Assembly (NCBI GenBank): GCA_032718475.1
Contig: JAUCBJ010008798.1
Location: forward strand, 62,001-126,000
Length of the DNA: 64,000 nucleotides
Direction of reading: 5' to 3'
Origin: Nemertoderma westbladi
Lineage: Eukaryota > Animalia > Xenacoelomorpha
In this document: piece after piece, positions 1-12,237 of the stretch
Layout: each line of letters begins with the position of its first letter
How positions within the stretch are numbered: the stretch's first letter is position 1
Made by a program: the position numbers and the translations under genes
The notes under the pieces: model-generated
What the model was told of the DNA's origin: nothing
Databases searched by the model: none
The model's input: only the letters and a program-made list of their open reading frames with translations

Positions 1-166
1 CCTTCCAGCCAGCTTGCTGGCTCTCTAGTAAATGGTATGATAAAGTTACGGCAGACTATAGATTAACAACATTCAGTCTGGTCAGGTACAAAGAAAGTCG
101 CGCGAAGTTCAGGGAGATCTCTACTTTTACCGATTATGATTTTTTACAATGATTAACAGAATACGT

Positions 167-602
167 CGAAAAACTTAAGGTCCGATTATTTAGAGCGGCA
201 GTAGTTCCAGTACTCCTCTATGGGAGTCCATGCTGGGCTCTAACTGCTGAGGACACCAAATCTCTGGATGGCACATTCACAAGAAATTAAATTACAATAC
301 AATACAAGAATGCTACCTCGGGTTTACTGTATAGAGTACGATGCACACATCTCCAACCAGATACTATAGATAGAACATTGCAGGTGTCTCATTGGTTCCC
401 CCAAGCTTGACACTAGAACGAAGCCGCCTCCGCATTGCAGGACATTGCTTTCGCCGTGAGGACCATCCTGTTCGCAATCTTGTGCTTTGGCGGCCTCATA
501 GAGACATTAAACATGGTGGACAGCCCATAACTTTCTTGAGACGCCTCATAAAGTAAAATGGCCTTGAAGATGAGGATAATCTCGCGAAAGTCATGGGGGC
601 TA
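167..602 (+). mobile_element. Decayed RTE-type LINE 3' fragment
   Basis: Translates in part to KLKVRLFRAAVVPVLLYGSPCWALTAEDTKSLDGTFTR and RLRIAGHCFR, typical of the RTE C-terminal region. Related copies lie at 38521-38912, 40534-40708 and 56860-57397. Confidence 0.75.
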
Positions 603-2008
603 GGGTGTTGTGGCGGAGCAACTTTGTTGATTAGCCGGCATAGCATTCTTAAAGCACGCTGCATTGTGGTGGGAGATGTCTATTGTGGATCTCATGGTGG
701 TGGCAAAATATTTTTGTCAATTCAGCATGGCATTTCAAGATGCAGTTTCAATACAGCAGGGCGATTATATTAGGCCCTAGTAGTTGTAGTAGTGATTTTA
801 CACAGAGTAATATAGATCATTGTATATTTCTATAATATTTCTATAATATTTCTATTTATTTATTTCTATTGATGATTTTTACTACGTCTGTGTAGGAGAA
901 GGCTCTGAGTGGCGCAATATTGTATAATGATACTTTGTAATTGTGCAAACTTGTCATTCAGTGGTCCGCTTAATAATTGATATAAATTACGAACTGATTA
1001 CTCTTATATTTTACTGCCTAACAAACGCAAAGTTTACAAGAAAACGAGTAAGAAGCATCTAAGCCCCTGTATCGCACTGTATTGCACGTTCCCACATTCT
1101 ACCGGTTTTCTTTAAACTCGTTACTGGATCCTTCATTATTGCTTCATTTACTTCATTGCGGTATACAGTATTATAGTAGTTGAATTACTTTATTATTATT
1201 TTATATGGTCCTAATAATTATTTGACTTTATGTGAGTACGACAATCTGTTTATTTCTATATTGCACTGTATATTTAATACTATTTTGTTGTATATTGTAT
1301 GTATTTAATAAATAAATTTATTAATTATAGACAATAATTTCAATATATTCATTACAGTAATTATAAACAGTAAATTCAATATATTATATTATCTAAGAAG
1401 CTGAATCTTTACCGCTACTTTAATATTTTATAAAATTATTAATATTATTATATTTATTTTATATATTATTTAAACAATGATGGCATTGGGGGCAATACAC
1501 CCCCCCCCCCCTTCCAACTTATTTTCAGATTAAAGTTTTATATTAATGATAAAAAATAATTAATTTAAAACTTAAATATTTGAATTAAAAACCAATTAAA
1601 ACTTTTGCCCTATTCGTCTCTCCAACGGAAGCAGCATTCAGCGAATATGAAAGTTGTTTCCATTTCTCTACTCAAGTACTCAGCATGTAGAAAAGGTATT
1701 AAATCATTATGATTGGCTTTCATAAAGAACACTGGAACTGCAGACTGTCTGTAACTAAGAAAGTAATGGCGGCAATTTAGTGCGTTTTTACTAATTGCGA
1801 ATACAGCAGTTCCTTAGGCCTTAGGGCGAATTGTAATTAGTAAGTTTTTTGAAAATTTTAGCTAGGTTTGCGAGAATTCAGTTTCGGTCAAAATTATTTG
1901 TAAAATTCTAGAGTTTTGTACCGGTATGATTAATCATATAATCATAACATACGGTATAATCTAAAATGATAATTGGAATACAAGGGTAGCTACTCCTACC
2001 TAGTCGTT

Positions 2009-2226
2009 GTGGGGCGAGCCACGGAGTGAGTGAGCCTTAGCGTAGTGGTACCATTAATCAACCTGTCGTTCGTTCGTTCTGTCGCGTTTTTTTTTCAGTA
2101 TTTTATTTTAAACGTTAATAACTCGGCCAATCCTTGATGAAATCTATCCAAACTTGGTACACATGTTGTTTGGCAAAAGTTTGAAAATTTTCCAAGTAGA
2201 ATTTGCGTGGGGCCTTCGTGCAGCAT
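2009..2226 (+). mobile_element. Short DINE-1/Helentron-like non-autonomous repeat
   Basis: Starts GTGGGGCGAGCCACG (also at 43799, and reversed at 49625-49639), has a (CGTT)n tract and an AAACTTGGTACAC core, and ends in a GGGGCCTTCG..CAGCA motif seen again near 41607 and 59680. Confidence 0.45.
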
Positions 2227-2932
2227 CAGTGGTTAGGTAACCGCTTAGTTATTTTATACCATCTGAAGATACATGGCAAGACGGAACTTCTGAGTTTGGG
2301 GTTCGTGTGGGCCTGCGGGTTCGTTTTGCAATCAGCGAAGGGACTGAAACTTTGGACGCGGACGTGGAATCTCACAGCAAACAAGGTTAGTTGTTCTGTT
2401 GGCACCATTGTGTTTGTGGAAGCAGTAAAAAATTATCGGTTGTTTAACTGCGAAGCTGAACTCAATTTATTAGTTAGGATAGTTAGGTTTAGCCGGCCAT
2501 GGTTTTTTGAATCGCTCAAGTTAGAGAGAGAGTTAGAGAGAGTCGCAACCCGAAGATGTAGCCACGCGCTAGTGGATACATATAATATTTGAAGTTAAAA
2601 TTACGTTGATTAGAGCTATATATGCAAAATTGGAATTATTTGGGTGGCAAATTTATTCTGAATATTTTGTATTAGATTCAGAAATTATTTTGTGTCATAC
2701 CGGTATTTAATTGCTATATAATAGCTATATAATAATATTTTGTTTAAATATTGTGCTAGTATTTGCTATAACTAAACCCTATTAAATTCACAATATTGCA
2801 TTGCGAATTTATTTTGACATTTTGGACCAACTAGTTATTTGACAAATAATTTGACCGTATTTTCGGTTAAATTATAATTATATCTCGAAATTTTGCGAGA
2901 TTTTTGCCGGAAGGCAAAACATTATTTAGACT

Positions 2933-4099
2933 ATGAGTGTCTCAGACAAAGAGGCACTAGAGGACAGCTATGAGACGGCGGCTGGACCGGCGACTGACGA
3001 TAGCGTAAATATTACTGTTGACGACAATGCCGACTATGACGACGCAGCGAGCGAGGCTGACGTAAGTGAACAGGAGGACGAGACAGTGACTAGTGAGGAA
3101 GAACAACAACCTCAAGTAATAGTATTAGGATCCCCTACCACTACTGTAAGGAAGGACCGCACAGCAGCCCGGACAGAGGTGAGTGATAGGGAGGGTAGTG
3201 TAGCAGAAGCGAGGGCCCGGAGCCCGGTTTCCAGACCTGTGGGTATGGTAAGTGCCGTGGTCCCAGCGGCTGTAAGGAGTACCCGTAGTTCCCGAAATAA
3301 TCCTTCAAGTCCACCAAGTGTAAGTCAGGTAAGCGAGAGAGAACTTGACATCGCGATAAAAAAGAAACTTCGCGCGCACGCCGGACATATAACCCGGACG
3401 GCGGACAAGGTAAGGACGATGTTAGCAGACTCAGCGAACATTGGAAGGGAAGGGTTAGTAGAGATTAGAAGAGGATACAACTCAGCGTTATTCAAACAGA
3501 CGGAGGAGCTTGCAGTCCTAGCAAAGAAGGCAGTAGAGTCTCAGTCGAGCGACATGGCGACGAGGATTTACAACAGGGTTTTAGCAGCCTTGTTAGAGCA
3601 CCGCGAGTTATCGGAGCGATTCCGACGAGTTAGGACGGAGAACTGGTTGCTATGGGCATCACAAGCGCAGGCGACTCAGGTGAGTGACGCAGAGTCGAGA
3701 GATTTAGTGGAGCGAGAAGAGACGCAAGATAAGGAGGAGCGCCGTTATCAGAGGGAAGTTACTAGCTGGCTGATGCAGAGTGGAGTGGTGGTACCGGGCC
3801 AGGTGCTACCGACGACGGAGAACATCCAACAGAGAACGTTAACTCCACCCGATGACGCATCTAGAGACAGTGGCGATTACCAGGTTAGTCACGCGCGAGG
3901 GAAAGTTATATGTGCTAGATCCCTTGTTTCTCACAACTCGGCGGAAGAGAGAAGACGCCGACTAGACGAACAACAGGCGGAAGTTTTGCGTGCATCGGAA
4001 GCACGGAAGGAAGCCGAGCGGGAAAGGGAGCGAACACGTAAGTTAGACGCAAAGTTGCGAGAGTTGGAAGATAAAGGTAAGTGTAAAAGCCTTTGCTGA
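2933..4099 (+). pseudogene. Truncated Gag-like ORF (acidic N-terminus plus coiled coil), probably from a second BEL-type element, cut by the LTR at 4082
   Basis: 388-aa ORF whose last codons are read from the LTR. Its low-complexity and coiled-coil layout resembles the N-terminus of the Gag at 7579, and the upstream ATACCGGTAT motif is shared with the BEL leader. No diagnostic domain remains. Confidence 0.5.
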
Positions 4100-5318
4100 A
4101 TTGCCCCGTTATTTTTATTATTTTTTACATTAAAATACTCTGTAGTTGATTTAATAGGTGTAAGAGACCGTATTATTGCTGTATCGGTGTTTTTTAGAGG
4201 ATCTAAGAGCTATTTCCTCCGTATGTGTACTGTGGAAGGCATAGTTGATGATTCTATGGCAATTCCGTGACGCAAAAGGTGATAGCTACTCTTGAACAGT
4301 AGTTACTATGACGACGGTTAACAGCTGATATTCATACGTGTTGATTTTCTTTGTTCTACGGCGTCTCTCAGTTCAGTCAGCCAATCAGAGCATTTTTATG
4401 GCTCTTGTACAGAAATTTCCTAGAAATCACGCAATGCTTTATGTGCAGTGTTGACATTCTGTCCTGAGCCAGGTGAGAGCGGCTTGGGAATATTTTGTGC
4501 TTTTCTGTTTTAGCCTAACACTAGTAGGCTTAATTATAAGGACTATATCCGTTATCAACACTTAATATCTCACTGGCCACTGGTTAACTGGCCCATACTC
4601 AATCAACGCAACATACCTAATCTAATATACCTGTGCATACTTTTATATTGTTATACTGCTATTTACTGTCGGTTCTTCATAATATGGTTGATGAATTATT
4701 ATATTTGGAATAACGATAAATAACCCCGAAACCCAATATTCTTGATATACCGAAGGTAAGAGAGAAAGGTTACATATAACGATTGTGACTTATGTTAAAG
4801 TGGTTTGAAGTGAATCTAATGTTATCTGATAGACCCTACATGAGTCGGTCTGTGTTCCTTTTATATGTGACTAAAATCAGTGAAGATCGGCAGATTAGTG
4901 TGCAGTATTGTGCAGCATTGTGTATGAGTGAGACTGATAACGAAGCATTTCCTAAAGAATGCGCCATATATGTGAATTGTAACTAAGCCATATCGTTGTG
5001 AGTAGTTTAAGTCATAACTCTGTTTTTATAGATAGAGCGCCACGTCCTAAAGGAACTGTTAATATTCCCCGAAGGTGAATAATATTGTCAGAGATTATAT
5101 AATACTGTCAGTCGAATAATACATTAGGCTTACCTAGCAATAAGATTAAGCCGTCGAACCCAATCTCCCGGGTATATCCAGCGGGTGAATGATCGCGCAC
5201 AGATTGGTTTCGACTAGTGTAGTGAATCAAATACTTGTCAGAGGCTAAAAGTGACTTATTATCTAGAAGACATCCTAATTTGGCGGGTTAAACTGCCAAA
5301 GGTCTGAAAGCGCGAACA
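4082..5318 (+). repeat. BEL 5' LTR (1237 bp)
   Basis: TGTAAAAGCC...GCGCGAACA; direct repeat of 22034-23252. Confidence 0.95.
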
Positions 5319-5329
5319 ATAACGGATAT
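5319..5329 (+). promoter_or_regulatory. Candidate self-priming primer-binding site ATAACGGATAT
   Basis: Abuts the LTR end, lacks the TGG of tRNA PBSs, and is the exact reverse complement of LTR bases 4545-4555 (ATATCCGTTAT). Confidence 0.65.
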
Positions 5330-5685
5330 CGCTTCTTTATTGCAGTAAGCAATAAAGTTGAAAGTACCGGTCAACCGGTAAACCTGAACGGTACATCTGT
5401 AGGTCAGTAGGCCCAACTGCCAGAACCGGTACTGCTGTAGGCCCGTAGGTCCAACTGCCAGAACCGGTACTTCTGTAGGTCCGTAGGCCTAACTGTCCTA
5501 ACCGGTACTTCCCGTATAAGTACATTAGTATTATTCGATTTGATTATTGTATACCGGTAGGCTGTTTAAGAGATTAGGGACTGTACACCCCTTGTTTCTT
5601 TTGGAGCTTACTTATTTCTGTCAGTTTTATTTGTTTGTAGGCCAGTATTGAACAGAAGGCGTGTAAGCCTGATCATATTGTACAG

Positions 5686-6250
5686 ACAATTTGTAGGCTG
5701 GGCTGTTGTCTGATTGCTGTTAAGTCTGAACGGATTGCAGTGTGTGTAGATCACCTGTCCGATAAAGAACGGTTAGGAAGTAGGGGCAGCCAAAGCTGTA
5801 AGGTAAACCCCCATCTAAAGAATAAGTCGTACTACTGGGTTAGAACGCATACTACCTAATCATTTCGGAGTCTGCATGTCCTGTAGTTTATTTAGGCTTG
5901 AGAGTAGTCTGCCATCGTTTAGTCTGTACTTTGTTTGTGTAGTCTGTACAGGTAGCGTATCATATTTATTTAGATAATTTGTAGGCTGGATAGTTGTCTG
6001 GCTTGTTTATTAGGTCTGAACGGATTGCAGTGTGTGTAGAGCCTCTGTCCGATAAAGAACGGTTAGGAAGTAGGGGCAGCCAAAGCTGTAAGGTAAACCC
6101 CCATCTAAAGAATAAGTCGTACTACTGGGTTAGAACGCATACTACCTAACTATTTCGGAGTCTGCATGTCCTGTAGTTTATTTAGGCTTGATAGTAGTCT
6201 GTCAGTATTTGGTCTGCATTTTGTTTGAGTGGTTTGTACGCGTAGCGTAA
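5686..6250 (+). repeat. 290-bp tandem duplication in the BEL 5' leader
   Basis: GATAAAGAACGGTTAGG at 5761 and 6051, with a long near-identical core. Confidence 0.9.
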
Positions 6251-7578
6251 TATTTATTATTCAGAGTTTATGCGATTATTCGCAACATTCATTCCCCAAG
6301 TTTGTTCCTACAATAATTGTGTTTGTTATACATACCGCTATAGTTAAATTAACCCCGGTACTACACGGGCTGCTTGGCGTAGGTAAAGACTGGTGATTTT
6401 GTGCACCGGTCACTCCAGCAGATGCCGTGGTTCTTTTAGCTGTTCAAGTATATTTAACTACTGATTATATGTTGTACAAGTACTCGTACCTAATTTAGGG
6501 TTTAGTGTACAGTGCTTTCCGAAAGTAATTAGTGTAGACATTATATTTGTGTTGTAAAGTGGTTGATAGGCACGTTCGATTAGCTCTATTAACTTCTAGG
6601 TAGGAACACTCCGTGATACATAACGTAGTACCTATAGCGATACGGCTATAGGTCGTCAGGCGGTGGTATTTTCCTATCTGGACAACGCAGTGTATTTACT
6701 ACTACGTATTATTTTCAAATACCGCAGTACCCTGTCCGTTGTAATAACCAGAATTCTAACCCTTTGTTAGGCTGGTTTGTAGACTTCTTGTAAAATTACC
6801 CTGAAAATTCGTATTTTGTGTTTTTTGTAAATTTTTGTGTTTATTTAGAGATTGTAATCTCACCCGAATTGTACGTAATTTGTAGTATTAAGTAACTTAG
6901 GTAAATTAGCATTATTTGTTTTAGTGTCCTATAAGTAACACTTCACTGAAAGCGCACCGCTTTGTGTAGTGATTACTCCCCAGAAATAATAACATTTATT
7001 TCAAACATTGACAAAACCCATTAAAACGGGTATATATATATTATAAATCAAATCTAACGATTTATAAATAGTAGGCCTACCATACAACCATTAGGTCTCA
7101 ATATCAGTTGGATTACTGCTCAAATAACGGTAATAAAGTAAGTAAAGTAACCAAGTAACCCTAAAATTCAGAAATTCAATTATTTAAAATAATTGATATA
7201 CCGGTATTTACGATAGGCCTATTATCTTTATTTCTATAAATTTAGGCTGAAATTATACCGGTACTTGTAATTAATTCTAGTCCAGAATTATATATACTAC
7301 AAACTGTAAGCTGTATACCGGTATTCCCGATAGGCCTATTATATATTTATATATATTTGTGCTAAAATTATACCGGTATTCTGTGATAAACCTAGTCTGT
7401 AATAATACTTATATAGTTATATATACTATAAGCATACCGGTATTCTAATATATTATATATATCACGCTACACTGAGTAGCAGTATAGGTAATTAATTACT
7501 AGGCTAGCAGTTAATACTGAGTTACTAGACTTGCTCAGACTGTAATACAGCAGTAGACATTCAACTGTACACATAAAC

Positions 7579-10500
7579 ATGTCTGATACTAAGCAGAACC
7601 TGTCAGACAGTTTATTAGATGTAACTATCTGCGACTCAGATAGAGGCGTAGAACCGTCTAGTCGTAAGTTCAGTTCACCTCCCACTGTGAGGAAGGTCAT
7701 CCCTCCTGTAGTAATAACAGAACCTAGGCTGGTCCAACATCGTAGGTCTATCATAGGCACTCGAGCTCAGGTCAAGCGGGACCAAGAAGCAGCGGAACAG
7801 CAACAACCCGTGAGCCAAGAAATTATTTCTCAGCGGCCCGACAGCTCCAGTAGTGAAGATACTGTAGAACTGACACCCGAGCGCGGAGCAAGGATGACGG
7901 ATGCGGTTTATTCGGATCCCCTTCTCATCCTTCCTGCAGCCGTACTCACTAGGTTATTGATCGCTGTGGAAGAACACCAGATCGATTGGGCGAGAAGTCA
8001 ACGCTCAACTAAAGATAGTTATGCGGGATACACAAGGGAAGAACTGAAGTCCATGGTCGAGTCGCAATGGAACTTCCCCGGACCCGGACTCCCGTTTGAT
8101 TTATCAGAAGCTGCCTGGGAAGACATACACCGGATGGGAGTAGCCAAGGAAACCATCGATCCAGCTGTGTGGAAGAGGTCCGCAGCCGGATACGCACAGG
8201 GATTCTTCAGCTCTATGGAGCGAGTAGAAAAACAACTGTTACAACAACCTCAAGGACCTCAAGAGCAGGGACAACTGCTTTATCAAGTTAGAGAAAGAAT
8301 TCTGCGAATCAGGCTAATATTATCAGCCTTTGAAGAGGCTTCTAAAAGAAGACAAGACACGTCGTTGCAAGTTGCCGTAAAGACTTGGTTTCAACGGGTG
8401 AGTCGCCAGGTTCAAGGAACAGCTCAGTGGAAAGCTCAGCTGGAGGAGCGCTCAACCCATGGAGAATCAACAGACGCTACTTTTTCCCAAGTGGAAAGTG
8501 AAGCGACGGCAGAGAAACCGCATAAGAGAGATGCCATTGACATCTATCTGTCAGACTATCAACGTTTTTTAGGTGATGACGAGTTGAGGAGAAGGTTAGA
8601 TGGACTTAGCCCTAATAGCGAAGGAACTCAGCGTGTGTTGGATGCCATCGATGTGGAAATGAGGGCTGCGAATCAGGCTAAATTTGATGAACAACTCCGC
8701 CTGACACGAGTCCAAGAAGAACAAGTAAAGAAAAAACGTATAGAAGACAGAAAGAAAGCAGCAGTGGTAGCTGCAGAAGCAGAAAGAAAAGCGGCAGCGG
8801 CAGAGGCAGCGGCAGAGGCAAAAGCGGCCGAAGCTGCAAAGCAAAAGCGGCCAGCTGCAGCGGCAGCGGCAGAAGCAAAGGTGGCAGAAGCAGAACGGAG
8901 AGCGACTGAAGAAACCACCCAATTAGAATTGGAAAACATTCAGGAGAATCAAGACTGCATAAATAAACAGTTAACAGCTAGTAATATGCAGATGATGAAT
9001 CGATCTACTCCCAAAAGACAGGGATATACATCATCTGAGGAAGGCGATACCACCGATACTGAAGGCAAAGGAAATAGATCTCGTCTAAGCAGACGTAAAA
9101 GAACATTCCACCGTCAGAAATTGCCTGATTTGCCTCCAGCTGTTAGAAGGCAACTAAATAACACCAACTTAGGTAGTACAGAGCCCACAGACCAAATAAT
9201 TAAAATAGAAAGACTCCCTACTATAGTAGATGAGCCTGAAATAATTAGGCCTGTTCTTGAAATCACCCCTTCGGTGATAGACACACCTGTGCTCCCTGAA
9301 GCTACCTCTAAATTCCCTCTGCATAGCACTAAGCTACCTGTGCCCAGTAGAACTGCCCAGGAGACAGTTCAGGTCCTGGACCCCGAGCGAAATATTCATG
9401 ATTTGTCGCCCGTTGTCCCTCGTCCGCCCGCTACAACGTTGGCGACTCCCGCTTCGGCGGTCGAATGGGTGGACGAGAGACGGCGGGGGATGGATCTCCT
9501 GCTCGGGCAGATGCAGGAGACTGTTCAGCAATTCAAGGGCACAGTAAGGGAAAGTAGGCTAGAGTTGCAAGAAGTGCAGCAAAGTATCGCGCTAGAACGC
9601 GATAAATTAGTAAATACTCAAAGGGGTATACCACCACCCTCGGTAACAATGTGTCAACCTGTTAGGTCTGAAGTATCTCATGCGCAAGGTGTGGAGCCTA
9701 CACGCATATATACTGCTAGCGAAGTAGAAACTCCTATAGTGAACCCTATTAAGGGTAATTATAGACCTGTTGATAATGACATTCCCTATAGACCTGATCA
9801 TAATCCGAGAAATTTATATACCGATAACTCGATATTAAATAACACGATGGCCCAAGAAAGTTTTACGCGTCAAATGGCTAGAACCGAAGCCCGGCAAGCG
9901 GTGAAGGTGGGAGAGATCGTCAAGTTCAATGGAGATGAGATGAAATGGTTACCTTTTAATGAATATTACAAAGATAACATACAGAACTCTGTACTATCTA
10001 ATGGAGAGAAACTTAGATTCCTCATCGAGTGCTTGGAAGGATCTCCCAAGTTAATGGCGTTAAAGTTTATTGGACATCCAGACGGATTAAGACAAGTTTG
10101 GGATACACTAAACATCAGGTATGGTAATAGGAATAACATAGCTGGGTATTTGTATGCAAAGTTGGTAGCGCCCCGAAAGTTTATTAGCAACGGGATTATA
10201 GAGTTTTCCGATGAAATTCAGGAGATCTGCAGACAATTAGATTGGCTAGGTAAGTCTCATGAGTATCAGAGTGCTATGGTTATTAGAGCAGTGGCTTCTA
10301 CTTTACCGAAGGGTGGAGTAGGTACACGCTGGGACAAAAAGGTGTTATACATGATGGAACAACAACAACGAGACCCTACCATGACTGATCTCATGACATT
10401 CTTGGATGGCGAAGTGAAATTACAGCTCATAAAACAGTCCAGAGAGAAGACATCGGAAAACAAGGTAAGTGAGAAACCCGTCTCCAGAAGAAAGATAACA

Positions 10501-12178
10501 CCAGTGTGTTATACCGACGACGGCGAAAGCCAAGCTTCCCAAGAGGAGGACAGCGGGAAAGACACTGAAAGATCTTATTATGTCAATAAAACACCTAACG
10601 AACAGGGAAGTAAATTTAAGTCTCGATCCCATGACAAGAGAGAACAGGTAAGAAAAACTCCTCCTACGTCTCCCAAGAGAATTCAGGTAAGAAAGCCCGA
10701 AGAAAGAACGAGAGTGCACACTGTCACCCAAAATAAGGTAAGTAACATCAAACCGAAATGTGCGCTATGTGACGGGACCCACCGTTTGAATATGTGTGAT
10801 GAATTCCTGAAGAAATCATTAACGGAGAGACGAGAAGTCATGTGGGATAAGCGGTTATGTTATAATTGCCTCAGACAAGGACACCAACGGCGAACCTGTT
10901 ACTCTGACATAAGGTGTGCAAAGTGTGGTGCGAAACATCATATCTTGTTGCACGCTGAATTCGAGCGAAATAGTCCGAATCAGGTAAGTGATTCCGAACT
11001 ACATGTCCAATTCAGTGATGTGAACGACACTGATCAATCTGAGATGGAAGGATTCTATACGGACGAGTTCTCCGACGAAAACGAATCCTGTTACATGATA
11101 AATACCGCAGTGTATCGAGCACTCACATATGAAAAAGATACGGACAGCGACCTCACTCTAACTACTTCTGATCGACAACCATCGTGGAAAGCACCAACTT
11201 CCGATGTAGGAATCCGAGAATTTCCTGTAGTCCAGTTACGGGTCCATGGACCTCAGAAGAGCTATATAGTGAACGCCCTCCTGGACTCCGGTAGTACAGG
11301 AACATTCATCGACAAAGAGCTAGCCGAAGACATATTTGCTGGACAACCCAAGTTCCGAACTAAGCTAAACATGTCCGGCATTATGCAAGTTTGGAAATCT
11401 ACATTAACAGCGGATTATTATGTAGGCGCGTTGTCCACCCCCCAGGACGAACTAGGAGAACATAGCATAAGGTCAGTGAAAATGGTGGCTATAAAGAACT
11501 TCGCTACTACTCAAGCAGACCTTTATAATTGGGACGAGGATGAGAGCATCCAACATCTTAACATACCTCGATTCCAGACTGATTATCCTGGAGTGCAAAT
11601 ACTCATCGGCCAAAACGCGCATGAGGCGCTCGAGACATTGGAGAAACGGCCTGCTCAACCGCAGCCACTACATGAACGCCCTCCTGGACTCCGGTAGTAC
11701 AGGAACATTAATCGACAAAGAGCTAGCCGAAGACATATTTGCTGGACAACCCAAGTTCCGAACTAAGCTAAACATGTCCGGCATTATGCAAGTTTGGAAA
11801 TCTACATTAACAGCGGATTATTATGTAGGCGCGTTGTCCACCCCCCAGGACGAACTAGGAGAACATAGCATAAGGTCAGTGAAAATGGTGGCTATAAAGA
11901 ACTTCGCTACTACTCAAGCAGACCTTTATAATTGGGACGAGGATGAGAGCATCCAACATCTTAAGATACCTCGATTCCAGACTGATTATCCTGGAGTGCA
12001 AATACTCATCGGCCAAAACGCGCATGAGGCGCTGGAGACATTAGAGAAACGGCCTGCTCAACCGCAGCCACTACAGACCTATGCGGTAAGAACTAGAGTA
12101 GGTTGGTACTTTACTGGCCCTTCCCGTAGAACACTCAGAGAAAGACTACCGCAAGAGCAGCGTCTGCCAGGTGAGTGA
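7579..12178 (+). CDS. gag: BEL Gag-aspartic protease, frameshifted by a 403-bp tandem duplication of the protease region
   Basis: Pao-type Gag core (KFNGDEMKW...EKLRFLIECLEG); knuckles CALCDGTHRLNMC, CYNCLRQGHQRRTC and CAKCGAKHHILLH; protease ALLDSGS. ORFs 7579-11697 and 11540-12178 become one frame when one duplicate is removed. Confidence 0.9.
11270..12075 (+). repeat. Tandem duplication, 2 x 403 bp, covering the protease core
   Basis: Copies 11270-11672 and 11673-12075, with about four substitutions seen between them. Confidence 0.95.
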
Positions 12179-12237
12179 ATGGGAAGATGATACTAGTGAG
12201 GGAGACGATTTAACTGAGGGAACCCCATACTCCTCAG
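12171..12237 (+). other. Candidate 67-nt spliceosomal intron between protease and RT
   Basis: CAG|GTGAGT donor, TTTAAC branch-like motif at 12209-12214, CCCCATACTCCTCAG acceptor. Removal deletes the TGA at 12176-12178 and fuses Gag-PR in frame with Pol. Confidence 0.6.

Noticed and set aside
4792-4986. Small ORF repeated at 22726-22920
   Set aside because: It recurs only because it lies within the two LTRs; no coding signature.
5281-5299. TGGCGGG... as a tRNA PBS for the BEL element
   Set aside because: It lies inside the LTR (present in both copies) and forms a local hairpin TTGGCGG/CTGCCAA.
12102-12178. Programmed +1 ribosomal frameshift between protease and RT
   Set aside because: The frames overlap but I recognise no established shift motif, while complete splice signals explain the offset. 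Not formally excluded.
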